Shown: positions 24,656 through 38,520 of the stretch, piece by piece
Layout: each line of letters begins with the position of its first letter
Position numbering within the stretch: the stretch's first letter is position 1
NCBI GenBank assembly: GCA_044892505.1
Contig: CM097884.1
Location: forward strand, 122,326,001 to 122,390,000
DNA length: 64,000 nucleotides
Reading direction: 5' to 3'
DNA from: Schmidtea nova
Taxonomy: Eukaryota
Translations under genes and position numbers: made by a program
The notes under the pieces: model-generated
The model's input: the letters and a program-made list of their open reading frames with translations, nothing else
What the model was told of the DNA's origin: nothing
Databases searched by the model: none

Positions 24656-25312
24656 GTTTCTTACATGGTACTGGTGAAAGCCAAATAAGTGTGTAACGCG
24701 CCTGCCTCTTTAAACTCCATAGAATATTGTATCAAAACTTTATTGAATAAATAAAAATCTAATTACAAAATCTTAAAAATAATATCATAATTTTTTTATT
24801 ACTTTACATATTAATTTACATTTTTAGTGATTTCAGATTTCAAAGTTTATTTCCTATCAAAATATTTCGTATAATATAATTTTTTTTTGCTGTTTCCGAG
24901 CGTTGTATTTAATAATTAATTAGAGTCAATAATTCTCTATTTTGAAAATTTAATAAAAAGCAACACATAAAAATAAATACATAAGTATTAAATGCATTTA
25001 ATATACTAAATATTTTATCGTTCTTTACTTCATAAGTCAAGATATATTAAGACTAGGTCGACTTTTCTGTTTCCCTTTTTAGTGTTTATTTGAACTAAAT
25101 TAAGCTAATTTTAATGGAATTTTTATTTGTATAACATATATAATTTTATTGTAAAAACGCCGTCTTAAAGTGATAATATTATTTGAAATTTTTTGTAAAA
25201 ATAATCATTCAAAAATTACATATATAAAAAAGAAAAATTATATTTAATAACAAATTATTGTCTTTTAATTGTTCTAATTTTTGAAAGGTGAAAATATCAA
25301 ATTAAAAGCATA

Positions 25313-25490
25313 AAACTGTGATTCCTTGGTAGCAGCATAAAATAAATATTAAATAACTAATAAATAACAAAATTAAATTATTAAGTGAAAATTTGTAGCA
25401 AATGGTTTTTATTAAATAACTAATAAATAACAAAATTAAATTATTAAGTGAAAATTTGTAGCAAATGGTTTCTTTATTTATTAATTATTT
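25313..25490. repeat. Family C small repeat with an internal 63-bp tandem duplication
   Basis: Shares GTGATTCCTTGGTAGCAGCAT with 59878-59898. Duplicated unit starts at 25347 and 25410. Confidence 0.7.
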
Positions 25491-27823
25491 AATATAAAAT
25501 TAAAACTTATTATAAAATTAAATAATATTTATTTTGTAATCTTTTAACGGAAAACTTAAAAGTTTTATTAAATACTTAGAAAAATGATTCCGGTCAAAAG
25601 TTTCAAAGACGTTCATGAGTATGTTAAAAAGATAGAAAAGATTTAAGTTTTCAAAAACAATATTTTTTAAAAACAATAGAAATTGAAATTGAAATCGTAA
25701 TCGTAATCGTAATTATTATAAACTTTAGAACTATTAATTCAGTCATTTTTGAGTGGCTAAACATTTATACAAATTCATTCTATTTAAAGTAAGTACATTA
25801 ATAGAAATGAATTAAGAATTAATTATCAATACTAGCATCTATATTTTTAAATGAAGCTATACTTACGAAAGAATCAATCATCCATTTATTTGATTGGTTG
25901 ATAGTTTTTGGTATAGAATTTTCTTGGTAGTTATACTACTAATTTCAATTATTTGCATTTAAAAATAAGATTTCTAATGTAAATTGTATTTTCTATTCCA
26001 ATCAGTTAATCTTATTTACTAAAGAAATGTGTGAATAGTGTTAAACAAGTCTATTAATCCTTTTATATTAAATATTTCTTTCGATAGACTTCAGTCAATT
26101 ATTAATTTGTTTATCGAAATTATTTGAACAATTAAACTTTCATAATTATTATAATTGTTCAAACAATTGATTGATAGAAGAATCATTTATTCAGTGGTTC
26201 CCAAACTTTTACCATTCTAGACATACTATGAAAACAGTAGGATTTCGCTACCCATCTGTAAATAAAACTAGGAAAAAAGTAAAGATTTTAATTTATATAT
26301 TTATTAAAAGCACATATTTAAACGTAATTAAGAGGATGCATTATATGAATGAATTTGCTTTCTATTTTTGGCAATATTATCTTCGACATCTACCTTTGTG
26401 TTGTGGTAAATAAATTAAAAGCAAATTAATATGCATACAATTAATTTTAACAACTAAAAACTAAAAACCCCATTTATTCCATTGTACATCATTTGCATAT
26501 GTTTATCCAAATTTTCTTTTGTCATTTTACTTCTTCTTGAAATTATAATTTTACTAGATGCTCTATTATGTCTATTCTGCTTTTGGGGGGCCATAGTAAT
26601 TATGATAATTTTTGAAATAGATAACATTTATAATTAAATAGCCATTTGCTGGATGTACAATTTCAAAATGAAAGTATGTCTGAATTTCATTGTATATATC
26701 AGAAGTGCCGAAACTGCGGCTCTTTGACTTTTTGTGTTTTTCTTTAGTTTAGTATGTTCTAAATTAAATTTTAATATGTAAATGAAATTTTAAGATTTCT
26801 TGCACAACTCCTACGTTAATGTAATTAAACAAAAATAAGTTGGTTTGTGACCTACACTTTGGGAACATTTGAACTAATTGGATTACATTATTAGTCAGAA
26901 AACCCGAAAAATGTTGGATCTATTAATATTTCGGTAGTAGAGATTTTTTGAGTTTAACAAATTACTTAGACGTAGTTAAATTAATAATAAATATAATAAT
27001 ATCTACATTTTAATTAAAAAATTAAAACCAATCGGTTTAATTTATTTTAAGATTGTATATCATGNNNNNNNNNNNNNNNNNNNNNNNNNNNNNNNNNNNN
27101 NNNNNNNNNNNNNNNNNNNNNNNNNNNNNNNNNNNNNNNNNNNNNNNNNNNNNNNNNNNNNNNNNNNNNNNNNNNNNNNNNNNNNNNNNNNNNNNNNNNN
27201 NNNNNNNNNNNNNTAATTGCAACTTATAAAACTTTTAAATAAAATTTATAAAGATACAAATAAAATTATTAGCAAGAGGTTTTCAATAATTTACGCTATT
27301 TTATTCTATTCAAATATTTTATAAATATTATTATGGTAAATTATTTTCATTTAATTTTAATTCCTAAAATATTTTCACTATCAGCCAAATTCAGAATTAA
27401 TTCTCCATTGGGCAATGCAAATGTTCAGCATCATTTTCAATGTTTATCTGTAAATGATTATCCACATTTTGACCCGGTGATCCCAATGAGTCACGACTTT
27501 TGTTCGAATAAATAATTTGACAATATAAACAAAAAATATATTATTCTATTTAAATCATGAATTTATTTTTTATATTTACTGCTTGAAAATAATTGTCGTA
27601 TTTCTTTGAATTAAGGAGTTATATTTCATTTTTCTCTATCGTCGCCATACTTATTCACATGAAAAATCAATAAAATCTAAAACTTTCTGAATAATATTTT
27701 ATTTAAACAAAAGAAATTATTTTTCACTTCTTGATGAAACATTTTTCTGTCACTAAAATTTATGTTAAAAGTTCTTAATAATAATAATAATATTGATGAT
27801 AATAATAATAATTATTAAACCTA

Positions 27824-28142
27824 ATTCTGTTTTTACCCGATAGATACGTTCTTAAAAAATTCGTGTAAAAAAGATATATTTTGTATATTTCCAGGAATCC
27901 CACCCAAAGAGAAAACATACGTATATAATCGACATAATCTAACTGAATTCTGAAGAATATAATGCGAAGTTAAAAAGTATGTATACATAATTTGTGAAAA
28001 ATGAAAATTAAAAAAATTAATAGAACATCAAAAGAAAATTCATAGAATATTGAAAATCGTGTTAAAACAAAGCAATTCGTGTAAAAAAAGAAAAAAAATT
28101 CTTTTTAATTCGTGATAAATCAAATTCGTGTAAAAACAGAAT
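27824..28142. mobile_element. Tc1/mariner-pogo-type MITE, TA TSD
   Basis: TA|ATTCTGTTTTTACCCGA ... TCGTGTAAAAACAGAAT|TA, with internal ATTCGTGTAAAAA repeats. Confidence 0.75.
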
Positions 28143-28929
28143 TAGATTTATTATATATTCAAAAAATACTAGAACGACTTGATCACTTTCAACCAGACTT
28201 TGTACACATGACATATAATATAGAAAACAATATTATGGGAAATAATATTAATATAGTTTTAACTAGAAATGTAGAAGGGAGTAGGTGAAACTGTTTTTAT
28301 TCCAAGGACACCACTAATACCCTTTTAGCTTTAAAATATTACAATTTTCAGCGAAGGTTGAATTCTCAATTACGATAAACAAGTCACAGGGACAGTCTAT
28401 TAAGTACTGTGGAAAGCATTTCTCAAATAGACAACTTAATATTGCATGCTTAGGAGTGGTTTCATGACACGATTTATTTATTCTTTCGGCATACGATGAA
28501 ACAATTATTGCTATATAGTAAAAACAATCAAATTTTATAATAAAATCATTTTAAATTAGTGTATACATATATACAGGCCTGGCTCATTGTCTTTTTGTGT
28601 GTGCGGTATGTTTGGCACCTTTCTTTTTATTGTCACGTTTGCATTAATAAAATATAAAATTCTTAAACCACTTTCAATAAAAACAACAAATTTTGCAACA
28701 CATCTTCTACACTTCATTTTTTTGTTTAACTGTTAAAACATTTAGGCGGCTGAAAAAAATTCTTTACTCCGACGAATAATAAATAATATCATATATGCTA
28801 TTGAAAACTCCAAAACAGTTAAAATTATTCAAAGAAAGAATGCAAATTTAAATGTCTTTTAAAAAATAAATTTCATATAATTGTGTTGTAGTTGCCTTTT
28901 CATTTTTAAAAAATAGGAAATAATTTTGT

Positions 28930-28932
<3 letters not shown>

Positions 28933-29010
<78 letters not shown>
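28933..29010. repeat. (TA)n microsatellite
   Basis: Direct reading. Confidence 0.97.
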
Positions 29011-29012
<2 letters not shown>

Positions 29013-29250
29013 GTTTACTCGTGCTCATCTTTTATCTAAAGAAGATGTAGAAATAACTGATTACGTTTCAAGTTCAAAATCAAGAGCGATATATATGTTT
29101 GATAGTTTTTCTTTTATATCTCTGACAATCTCTGACTCTCAATTCATTGTAGGAGAATGATGCCAGACCATTTTACGTATCATCCCAGTCGATAACGAAA
29201 CCAATTCGATTAGGTATCAAATCAACTCTAAATGACTCGAATCATTTAAA
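29011..29250 (+). pseudogene. Possible Polinton minor capsid (PX/penton) gene remnant
   Basis: SLTISDSQFIVGE*CQTILRIIPVD resembles the YxDIVExxIVGDxxAPLLRIVPV motif recalled from Polinton capsid-module proteins. Confidence 0.4.
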
Positions 29251-30739
29251 TTACTCTCTCATACACAAAACAACAAAAACGCACATTGAATTAGAAAAAC
29301 AAAAATTTATACATTAAAATTATTTTGATAAATCTTTAGTGGAGGTTCTTTACTATAAAAATAATAAATGTCATTATTAGCTTTTAAATTTCCAATTTCA
29401 TAATATTTATAAAAATATTCATTTTCATTTATTTATATGTTAATTTTAATTAAATTTTAATGTTATATTCGAAATGACTTTATTTGATTCTTTGCCAATA
29501 AAATTGAAAGAAATAAATAAAATTTTAATTCAAGATTTTCGATTTGATATTTGCTAGAATTTTTGTGAATTTTTANNNNNNNNNNNNNNNNNNNNNNNNN
29601 NNNNNNNNNNNNNNNNNNNNNNNNNNNNNNNNNNNNNNNNNNNNNNNNNNNNNNNNNNNNNNNNNNNNNNNNNNNNNNNNNNNNNNNNNNNNNNNNNNNN
29701 NNNNNNNNNNNNNNNNNNNNNNNNNNNNNNNNNNNNNNNNNNNNNNNNNNNNNNNNNNNNNNNNNNNNNNNNNNNNNNNNNNNNNNNNNNNNNNNNNNNN
29801 NNNNNNNNNNNNNNNNNNNNNNNNNNNNNNNNNNNNNNNNNNNNNNNNNNNNNNNNNNNNNNNNNNNNNNNNNNNNNNNNNNNNNNNNNNNNNNNNNNNN
29901 NNNNNNNNNNNNNNNNNNNNNNNNNNNNNNNNNNNNNNNNNNNNNNNNNNNNNNNNNNNNNNNNNNNNNNNNNNNNNNNNNNNNNNNNNNNNNNNNNNNN
30001 NNNNNNNNNNNNNNNNNNNNNNNNNNNNNNNNNNNNNNNNNNNNNNNNNNNNNNNNNNNNNNNNNNNNNNNNNNNNNNNNNNNNNNNNNNNNNNNACACA
30101 ATTTAATATTAAAAGCATTTTTTGATAATTTTTCTTTATTGAAACGACAAGACGACAAGGTTACGTTTAAATTTAGCACTAATTTTATTTTAATTATAAT
30201 AATCATTTATTAATTTATCTTTATTGTCTCCATTTTCCATGAAATGTCTCAAAGTTGTCAAGTTTAGTTAATTTAAATTATGAAAATTTTAGGGGAGTCC
30301 TCTTAAAAACTTTCAACTAATATTTGATAAGCACTTAAAATTTATTCCGAAAAAAAATATGAAAGTAAATTTTATTGATAAATTATTTGTGAATATTGTT
30401 TTACTACTTTCCAATCAAATATATACTAATAAAATACGCCTAAATGAAATTGTATATAAATAGAAAAAACTAGCTCTTTGAAAGTCGTCATTAATTAATT
30501 CATTTCTCGTTTCTGGCTTCGGTCTATTTAATTGTATTTACAAGTTGTGAATTTTCTACAATTTGCTTTTTCAACGAAATTTGATTTACCAAATCAGATA
30601 AATCGTAATTATTTCTATTTTCAGATTTTACACTGAGATAATGCCTAAATATTCCGGTGCCATGTATTTTTCAAGATAAGATCCATTTAAGAAAATAATA
30701 CTTTATAATGAAAAACACAATTTATGTAACATCCGACCC

Positions 30740-31120
30740 ATGCATTTCGACAGACTCCAATTTGTGCAAAGTGAGTAGTATGTTTCTTACTGAGTCACAA
30801 TCTCCTATTGGATTGTTTTCAAATCTCTTTTATCAATTTACATGTAATGTAAGTAATGCCATATACATTGGAGAGACTGTCAATCATTTCTGTACGCGAT
30901 TTATCGAATAAAGTCGACCGAGGGAGTGTCCAATATTAGTGATCACAAAAAAAGACTAACAAAAAGATTGGCATGTCTGATTTTAAAATGAAATCAAAAA
31001 ATCTTAGTAATCATTATGAACGCATTACTATTGAATCCATTACTGTTGATAAGACCTTTAAATCCAAAAGGTAAAGTACAAAATGCCATGAAAACGTGCA
31101 TTTTGAATGTTTTTAAATAG
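30740..31120 (+). pseudogene. Decayed PLE GIY-YIG endonuclease fragment, family A-like
   Basis: CKVSSMF...PIGLFSNLFYQFTCN...YIGETVNHFCTRFIE matches 51292-51597. Confidence 0.8.
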
Positions 31121-32169
31121 ATTGGATGTTAGCATGGTGTATGTTGTATTGATTGAATTCAATGATGGAATTTGTTGTGTTAAAATTTAAAAATATAAAA
31201 GATTTTTTGAAATATTTTAAAAATTTCAAAAATTTGTTAAAAATTGTAATTTGGGTAATCATTTTAAAATTGATTTTTAATAAATTAAAATTATTTTTTG
31301 AATTAATATTTAAAATATAAAACTTTTACCTAATTATATTTTATAATTTGTTTCTATAAATTTAATTTAACATAGTTTTTTTCTGGAAGTCTCTCGAAAT
31401 TTATAGTATGAATATTATATAAATGACGTTTTTCATTAATTAAATTTTTGCTATGTTTGTTTCAGTTTTTATTTAATAATATATCTTTGCAAGTTTCAAA
31501 GACCGCCATAATAAATTTAATCGAAAATTCTTAAAATTTAGCCCCTTCGCCAAATTCGTTATGCTCCACTGGTCCGAGTCGTCTTTAAAAATCAAACATC
31601 TATTCTTTGACCTAAAAGGTTTGTATATCACTCAATTAAATCGTATATAGAATATTTATTTAATTTTATATCATTTTTACATTAAATAACTGAAATAATT
31701 GGAAATGTAAAAATGAAAAAAGTCAGATTTTAATGGATAAGGAAATATTTATATAATTAATGAAAGTATTAATGGTTTTAAACAACAAAATAATATCTAC
31801 AATGAACGTTTATTTCACAAACTTTTATAAGTAAAAGAAATGTTGACAAAATGTAAATTTTGAAAGAAGTTGTACGGTCAAGCGTGAAAATTATAAAGTA
31901 TTAAAAGGCTTTTTAAAACGAGTTATCAAACATTATTATATACATAACAAAGTTTTTTTACTGAATATGGTGCTAAATATACTGAATAATGTTTTAATTG
32001 CAATTTTATAAGTAATTTTAATATTATTTACAGTCAATTTTATATTAACTGTATGTTTTGATGAGAAGCTTTGAAGCTCAAAAAACATTAAAGTGGGTTC
32101 TGATACTAAAGGTTCTGTTACCAAGGTTCTATCACTATGATAAATATCCCAATAATTGACTAAATACAT

Positions 32170-32760
32170 TTGATATCATCACTATATGGTGGATAAATAC
32201 ACATAAAAACATATAAAGTACACGAATCATCACACACGAAATATTTACAAAAATACACACAAATATCAAAAAACAGAAATTCATAATATATGCAAAATAT
32301 CATATATACACACAAAAATACACACCAATATCAAAAATATAGAAATTTATCATATATACAAAATATGAATCCATTTGCAAGAAATATCATCACATTATAC
32401 TGCAATATCATCAAAAATACATAGAAATTCAACAAACATACTCGAGTTACAGACAATAATCATAAAGAAGAAACATCTATATATTGTCATTTAGTGCAAC
32501 TAAATCATAGATATAGACAAAAAACACACAAAATATTAGAAATGCCTAAAATTCATCAAATGCATGAAATATCATCAGGATATAGTGCAATAATATAAAA
32601 AATTCACACAAATTATTAAAAATAGAGAAAAAGTACATGACATATATGAAATATCATTACACTGTAGTCAATTCACATGCATGAAATATCATTATACTAA
32701 ATCGCGATAAGATAGAAAATTATCACAAAAAACAATATCCACATACAATAATATCAAAAT
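32170..32760. repeat. Degenerate A/C-rich tandem repeat (recurring GAAATATCATCA-type units)
   Basis: Recurring motif read directly; period not computed. Confidence 0.55.
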
Positions 32761-32979
32761 TGTCATTGAATTACTAGGAATATGCATCAGTAAGCATTGT
32801 GATATAAATGTTCGATTATGAATCTTTCAAACCAATCCCAATTTGTGTCTGTTACTAGATAAAGCTTGTCTTTGTTCGAAGATCACCAAAAATCTTTTTA
32901 CAAAAAATGATAAGTCATCATGAGCTCACAACATTTTAGCCTATAAATAGAAACATGTCTTTGTTCGAATGAATTTGAC

Positions 32980-32982
<3 letters not shown>

Positions 32983-33050
<68 letters not shown>
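32983..33050. repeat. (TA)n microsatellite
   Basis: Direct reading. Confidence 0.97.
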
Positions 33051-33056
<6 letters not shown>

Positions 33057-33263
33057 ACTATTTTTGGGCTAAGAAAATCTTTGAAAAAATCGATGAGTCA
33101 TCGTGCGCTTACTTCTATCTACTCATCAATACTTCAGCCCTCAATAACAATGCCTGTAAAAGTTTGAGTTTATGTGCAGGAAACGCAGATTTCTCGTTTT
33201 ATCTATACTAAGTAACACATTTTAATAAAACTGTACACTGATAGAGACAGTGAGTTATAAATA

Positions 33264-34252
33264 CTAGAAAATAAACCCGTCTTGCCGGGGTGTTTTTAAT
33301 AGTTTAAATTAAGAGCAAACGTGTTATTTAACAATAGTATATGATGTTCTTGTCACTGTAAAAAAAATAATGCTTATTTTAAAATAAATAAATTAATGTT
33401 TTATTTTTAATAAAAGAATCTCAGTAATTTAAAAATAAATAGATTGGGGTAAATAAGATAGTTACATATATATTACAAATATTACATATTCAGGTTAGAT
33501 AATTAACATATGTGTACATATACATCGATATGTACATAAAAAACCTTTTTTAATTTTTGGATAATTTTGTTGGTCCACCCCTTAATAAAGTCCGCTCCAA
33601 ATATTTTTGATTATCATTATTTATTTATCTAGTTTCATCTAATAGTGATTTGGAAAAAAAAATAAATATGCATATTACAGATAATTTCTAATTTTTTTAT
33701 TCTTTATTTTTATTCTTACGTGTGGTCTTTTATCTTAATCACAAGTTGATTGGTGGTCGCAGAATTGTTTTCATGTGGTGCATATATAATATACATTGCA
33801 CATGTTTGTCATGTAGACTCCATTTGATTATCCAATTTTAATGAATTAACCCAATTTTCTTTTAAATAAATAAATAAAAAATAAATAAATAAAATAATAT
33901 TGAATAAAAATAATTATTAAATAAATAAATAGGAATTAATAAGAATAATTAATATAAATATAAATAAATTAAATTTGTATAATTAAATAAAATAATAAGG
34001 CAAAATTTATTTAAAATAATTAATTTATTAAATCTGCTTCTAACAAAATTATGTTTATTATTTATGGTACACTTTATTTATTAAATAATAAAAATTTTAA
34101 AAAGTACTTATGCAAAGAATTATTTTATTAGAATTAATTTTATTTTACAATTTTTAACTACTTACAATTATAAGTAGTAATTTTTAAAAATAAAATTTAA
34201 AAAATTTTATTTAATGCGACAGACAGAGACAGTGGCGAATTAGTATTATAGA
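33264..34252 (-). mobile_element. Non-autonomous Helitron
   Basis: Minus strand A|TCTATAATACTAATTCGCCACTGTCTCTGTCTGTC ... CCCGGCAAGACGGG hairpin, TTTATTTT, CTAG|T. Inserted in an AT dinucleotide with no TSD. Confidence 0.8.
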
Positions 34253-35839
34253 TAATGTAAAAATTAAGTAGTTCAAATTCAGAACCTGACTAACTCAAAA
34301 ATATTTACTTTGATTTGTGAATAACTTTATGTTTTATACATCATTGAGAGGAGAGTTTAATTTTGACCTAGAACGGCATTCCGGTTATTTTTTAATATTA
34401 AAAAAAGCTTAATATATAATTTTGTCTTACCGATAAAAAAAGTATAAAAAATTAATATTTTGTTGTTTGTTGGTTATTAATAAAAACTTTATTTTAATTT
34501 TCATTTAGTTTATTTTTCATTTGTTTCAAAATACTCGAGATATTGCTATTTAGTTTCAAAATTAAAGTAATAATATTATTTTTTCCTTGAATTCTGTATC
34601 ATTTTTTAGAAATTAATCCCTGACTGTAATTAAAATAAATTTGTGGGGCAAGATGTCATTAAATGGGTGCTTATATTTTTATCAATTTCAAATTAAATAA
34701 TTTTTAATATATTAAACCCAGTGATAATCGTCTAAAAATAAAAGTGGAAAATTTTTCTTTTGTTTTTCTTTTCAAACAATACACAACAATTTGCAGTTTT
34801 TCAATAGAAAAATAAAAGAATTTTGATAATAACAAAATTGAAAGGATTTTAAATTATTTTTTAAAAGATTATTTCTTCAAAAATAATATTAAAATTTAAC
34901 GAATATATTGAGTTAAATTTTTTAGATATTTCATTCTTTCATTTTTAATAATAAAAATAATAAAAATTTTTCATGTAGATAAATTTTTATAAAAAAGATG
35001 TCATTTAATTTCAATGAACCGTAAAATATTTGTTGCGAAAAAAATCATTTCCCAATCAAATGAGTCTCTTTAATTTTTAGTAAGGAGTATAATTTTATTT
35101 TTGCTCAAATTCTTTCTCGTTCCACATTTTCTATTTTTGTGGGGTGAAAAGAATAATTGTGAGCTCAATATATTTACTACTAATTTAAAGAAAATGGATA
35201 GAAAATGAAAAATATAAGATTTGTTCCAATCTTCAGTCAATCATACCAATTTGGATATCTCTACGTAAGTATTATTAAATTAACAAATTTTACCATGGAA
35301 ATTATTTCATAGTTTTTAAAAATAATTAGCTTGATGCATTATATAGAATTTACAAAAATAAAAAGAAAGAAATTAAAAATATTAAAAAACTAAGGTTAAT
35401 AGCTTTTCTAAATTAAAAAAATGTAAAAGATTTTGAATTTTCAAAGATTTTGCATTAAAATTTTATAATATTTTTAAATTTAAAATATTAATTAATTGGA
35501 TTTATGCCCGACTACTACTACTAACACTACAATTNNNNNNNNNNNNNNNNNNNNNNNNNNNNNNNNNNNNNNNNNNNNNNNNNNNNNNNNNNNNNNNNNN
35601 NNNNNNNNNNNNNNNNNNNNNNNNNNNNNNNNNNNNNNNNNNNNNNNNNNNNNNNNNNNNNNNNNNNNNNNNNNNNNNNNNNNNNNNNNNNNNNNNNNNN
35701 NNNNNNNNNNNNNNNNNNNNNNNNNNNNNNNNNNNNNNNNNNNNNNNNNNNNNNNNNNNNNNNNNNNNNNNNNNNNNNNNNNNNNNNNNNNNNNNNNNNN
35801 NNNNNATGACTATAGATCAAATTTTTTTTATAAACAATA

Positions 35840-35874
35840 ACACAATATTTCGGCACAGCCTTTATCAAGTGTGT
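35840..35874 (-). ncRNA. Hammerhead motif (PLE-B)
   Basis: Reverse complement of ACACACTTGATAAAGGCTGTGCCGAAATATTGTGT. Confidence 0.7.
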
Positions 35875-35882
35875 ATTTCTAT

Positions 35883-35917
35883 ACACACTTGATAAAGGCT
35901 GTGCCGAAATATTGTGT
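35883..35917 (+). ncRNA. Hammerhead motif (PLE-B)
   Basis: ACACACTTGATAAAGGCTGTGCCGAAATATTGTGT. Confidence 0.7.
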
Positions 35918-36010
35918 TATTGTTTATAAAAAAAATTTGATCTATAGTCATTATGAGAATTATTGATAATAATAATAAAAAAAGATCAAAGGTGAAAAAA
36001 GATAATTATG

Positions 36011-36091
<81 letters not shown>
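36011..36091. repeat. (AAT)n microsatellite
   Basis: Direct reading. Confidence 0.97.
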
Positions 36092-36095
<4 letters not shown>

Positions 36096-36587
36096 TTATA
36101 ATAATTATAAAAAATAATAATATTTTAGTTTTGTTTAAATTCGTAAATCTAATTAATTTTGTTTTGAATATATTTATTAAAATTACTTTGTTTTTAATAA
36201 AATAATTTCTTATCCAAAACTTAATCTCGACAATCGTTAACAAAATGTAAAAATTTCATCAATTTTTATGACCAAAATCTTATTAAATAGATTCCAAAAT
36301 GTTTATGGCCAAAGAAAATTTTGGATAATGAAAGGAATCAATAAAAATAACCAGGAGGAAGAAATTTGGAATCTGCCGTTGTTCTGTAATTGAAATGTAA
36401 AAAAATGCCACAAGTCGAGTGAATATTTTTCATTATGAAACACCACTGAAAATTCTCTTGAGATTCTGTTATGAGTTTTGAATAAGCTCAATTAAGTAAA
36501 AAAATATTTATCATTCTTACCGTTTTATTTATAGAATTTGAAATTATACTTAATAAATTTTATATTAATAATAATAAAATATTTTTT

Positions 36588-37290
36588 AGCAATATCTTTC
36601 GAAAACCCAGCTGTGACATCTTCAGACAATAAACAAATTCATTAAAATAAAAATTGATCCTCTTTATACGTTTATTAATAACTAAATAATCACATGTGCA
36701 AAATCCAAAACAACTTTTATTAAACCTGGTCAAATTAATTTAAAACTCACAAAATGCATGCAGATATTGCATTTTGTATGCTTATTTTAGGATTAAATGT
36801 TTTTATCATCAAAATCTCACAATTCACGCTTTTTTAAATTAATATTAATAACTCCTAGACAATATTTTAAAATTGGAAATATCAATCATTTTTTTGTATG
36901 TATTATTATGTTCAATAATATTACTCTTCGCACTTTATGGTATGCTATTAAACTAAGGGTTTCGAAAATTATTATGAAGTGTGTAGCCATCGTTGGTACT
37001 AAAGGTGAATCCATAGCCACTTCATCTATTTTTTGATACCAATTATTATTGAAAAGAATATTAACTTTGAAGCAAAACTCTAAAAGTTTATAAAATGCAC
37101 TCTCATCCAATAAAATTGACTCAATTCGTTCAAAGTGAGAAGTATGTTTGTTAATAAGTCGTAAACTCTGGTTGGATTGTGTTTAGATGTCCTTTATCAA
37201 TTTACATGTAATGGATGTAATGCCACATACATTGAAGGGACTGTCCGTCATCTCTGTATTCAAGTTCTTGAACATGATTGACCGAAAGGA
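36588..37290. mobile_element. Old PLE relic: minus arm with RT motif joined to GIY-YIG C-terminus, plus arm with a GIY-YIG fragment
   Basis: Minus: FNNNWYQKIDEVAMDSPLVPTMA (QxxGxxMGSP-like), then SNIIEH...ISNFKILS...NCEILMIKTFNPKI, and a CTGAAGA...GAAA remnant at ~36597-36625. Plus 37131-37290: YQFTCNGCNATYI. Confidence 0.75.
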
Positions 37291-38129
37291 GAAATATTTA
37301 TTTTTTCATTTTTTGTCTTAATTTGAACTTTTTTAAAGTATTTTATATAATTTCTGCATTAAGACTCCATTAAAACAAAAAAGACTAATCTTCAATAATA
37401 ATCTACATTTCCTATGTACGATTATTACGATAATAGTTATAAAATGAAAATTGTCTCATTGCGAAAAAATCTCATCAGAAATTTCATCGGAAATTCAGTC
37501 AAGGGTTTTTGTGGGAACTTAAGTTTTAAGTTTGAATCACTAGATAATTCAGTCAATTCATCTGGGACTTAACATGCCAGGTGATTATTCTCATAATGGT
37601 CAGTCAAAATGGCTTTTAAATCCAGGATAACTTTGACAGCTTTCTGGAGCACTTAGTTTGATTCCGTAACTAATTATTTTACCGAAAATGCCTCTCAAAA
37701 AAATTAAATCATTACCATCAGCTTTAATTAAAAACCTATAATTTTGTCCGTCATTGCTTTCGCACCAACTATGCATACTCTAAAGCAATTTCTCCATTCT
37801 AAACCTTCAGTTAAAAAATGTTCGTCAACTTACTATATATGTTTTCTCCAAAGAAGCACGACAAAATAACCATTATCCATTAACGTTTTCTTTATAAACG
37901 TATCTGACTTATACTAACAACTGAGATATTTTTAAAATATCAGTTGTTTCATCCAACGGAATTATGAATTTTGGGCTTTTTATAGGTATAATAATAAGTT
38001 ACCCAAATTGATCATTGCTAATTTCAGAAATTTGAAAAGCTCCAATGATGTTTGACGAAGGAATTTTCCGAATTCTTTCGACATATTTACTTCCGTGAAA
38101 TATTTCCGCCATTTTGTAGTGGTTTTTCT

Positions 38130-38520
38130 AAACAAGCATAAAATAAAAAAAGCACAAAAACTGAAGCGAATCTAAAAGTAATAATTAAAGTTTAAAATTA
38201 ATTAAAATTTTGGAAAATTAAAAATAAATATTTTGTGGCGGAAACTGATATGGGCTGATACCAAATGATAAGACGAATCCAAATACAATAATATAAAATC
38301 AAAAGGCTCCCCAGAAATAAATATTAAAAAATACAGATTAATTAAAGAAATTAATTACCTTGTGGGAAACCCAAACCGGTGAGAATCCAGAGTGTTATTG
38401 AAAACCAGAAATCAACAAAATTATCTAGTTACCAAAGAAAACTAGACTTCTAAGAGTAATCCCGAGTTTCAACAAGTAAACCAATCATCTCGATCAAATA
38501 ACTATCGGGAAACCGCGTAC
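38130..38520 (+). repeat. Partial copy of the solo-LTR-like family
   Basis: AAATATTTTGTGGCGGAAACTGATATGGG...CCCCAGAAATAAATATT...ATCAACAAAATTAT aligns with 19700-19910. Confidence 0.55.

Larger units (their letters stand above)
35806..36010. mobile_element. Compact PLE-B fold-back with two opposed complete ribozyme motifs
   Basis: Arms pair up to a TTCT loop (35877-35880). The right arm continues into a ~34-nt tail and then (AAT)n. Confidence 0.88.

Noticed and set aside
26192-26871. Intact hAT MITE
   Set aside because: The left TIR CAGTGGTTCCCAAA is clear, but the right TIR is degenerate and there is no TSD.
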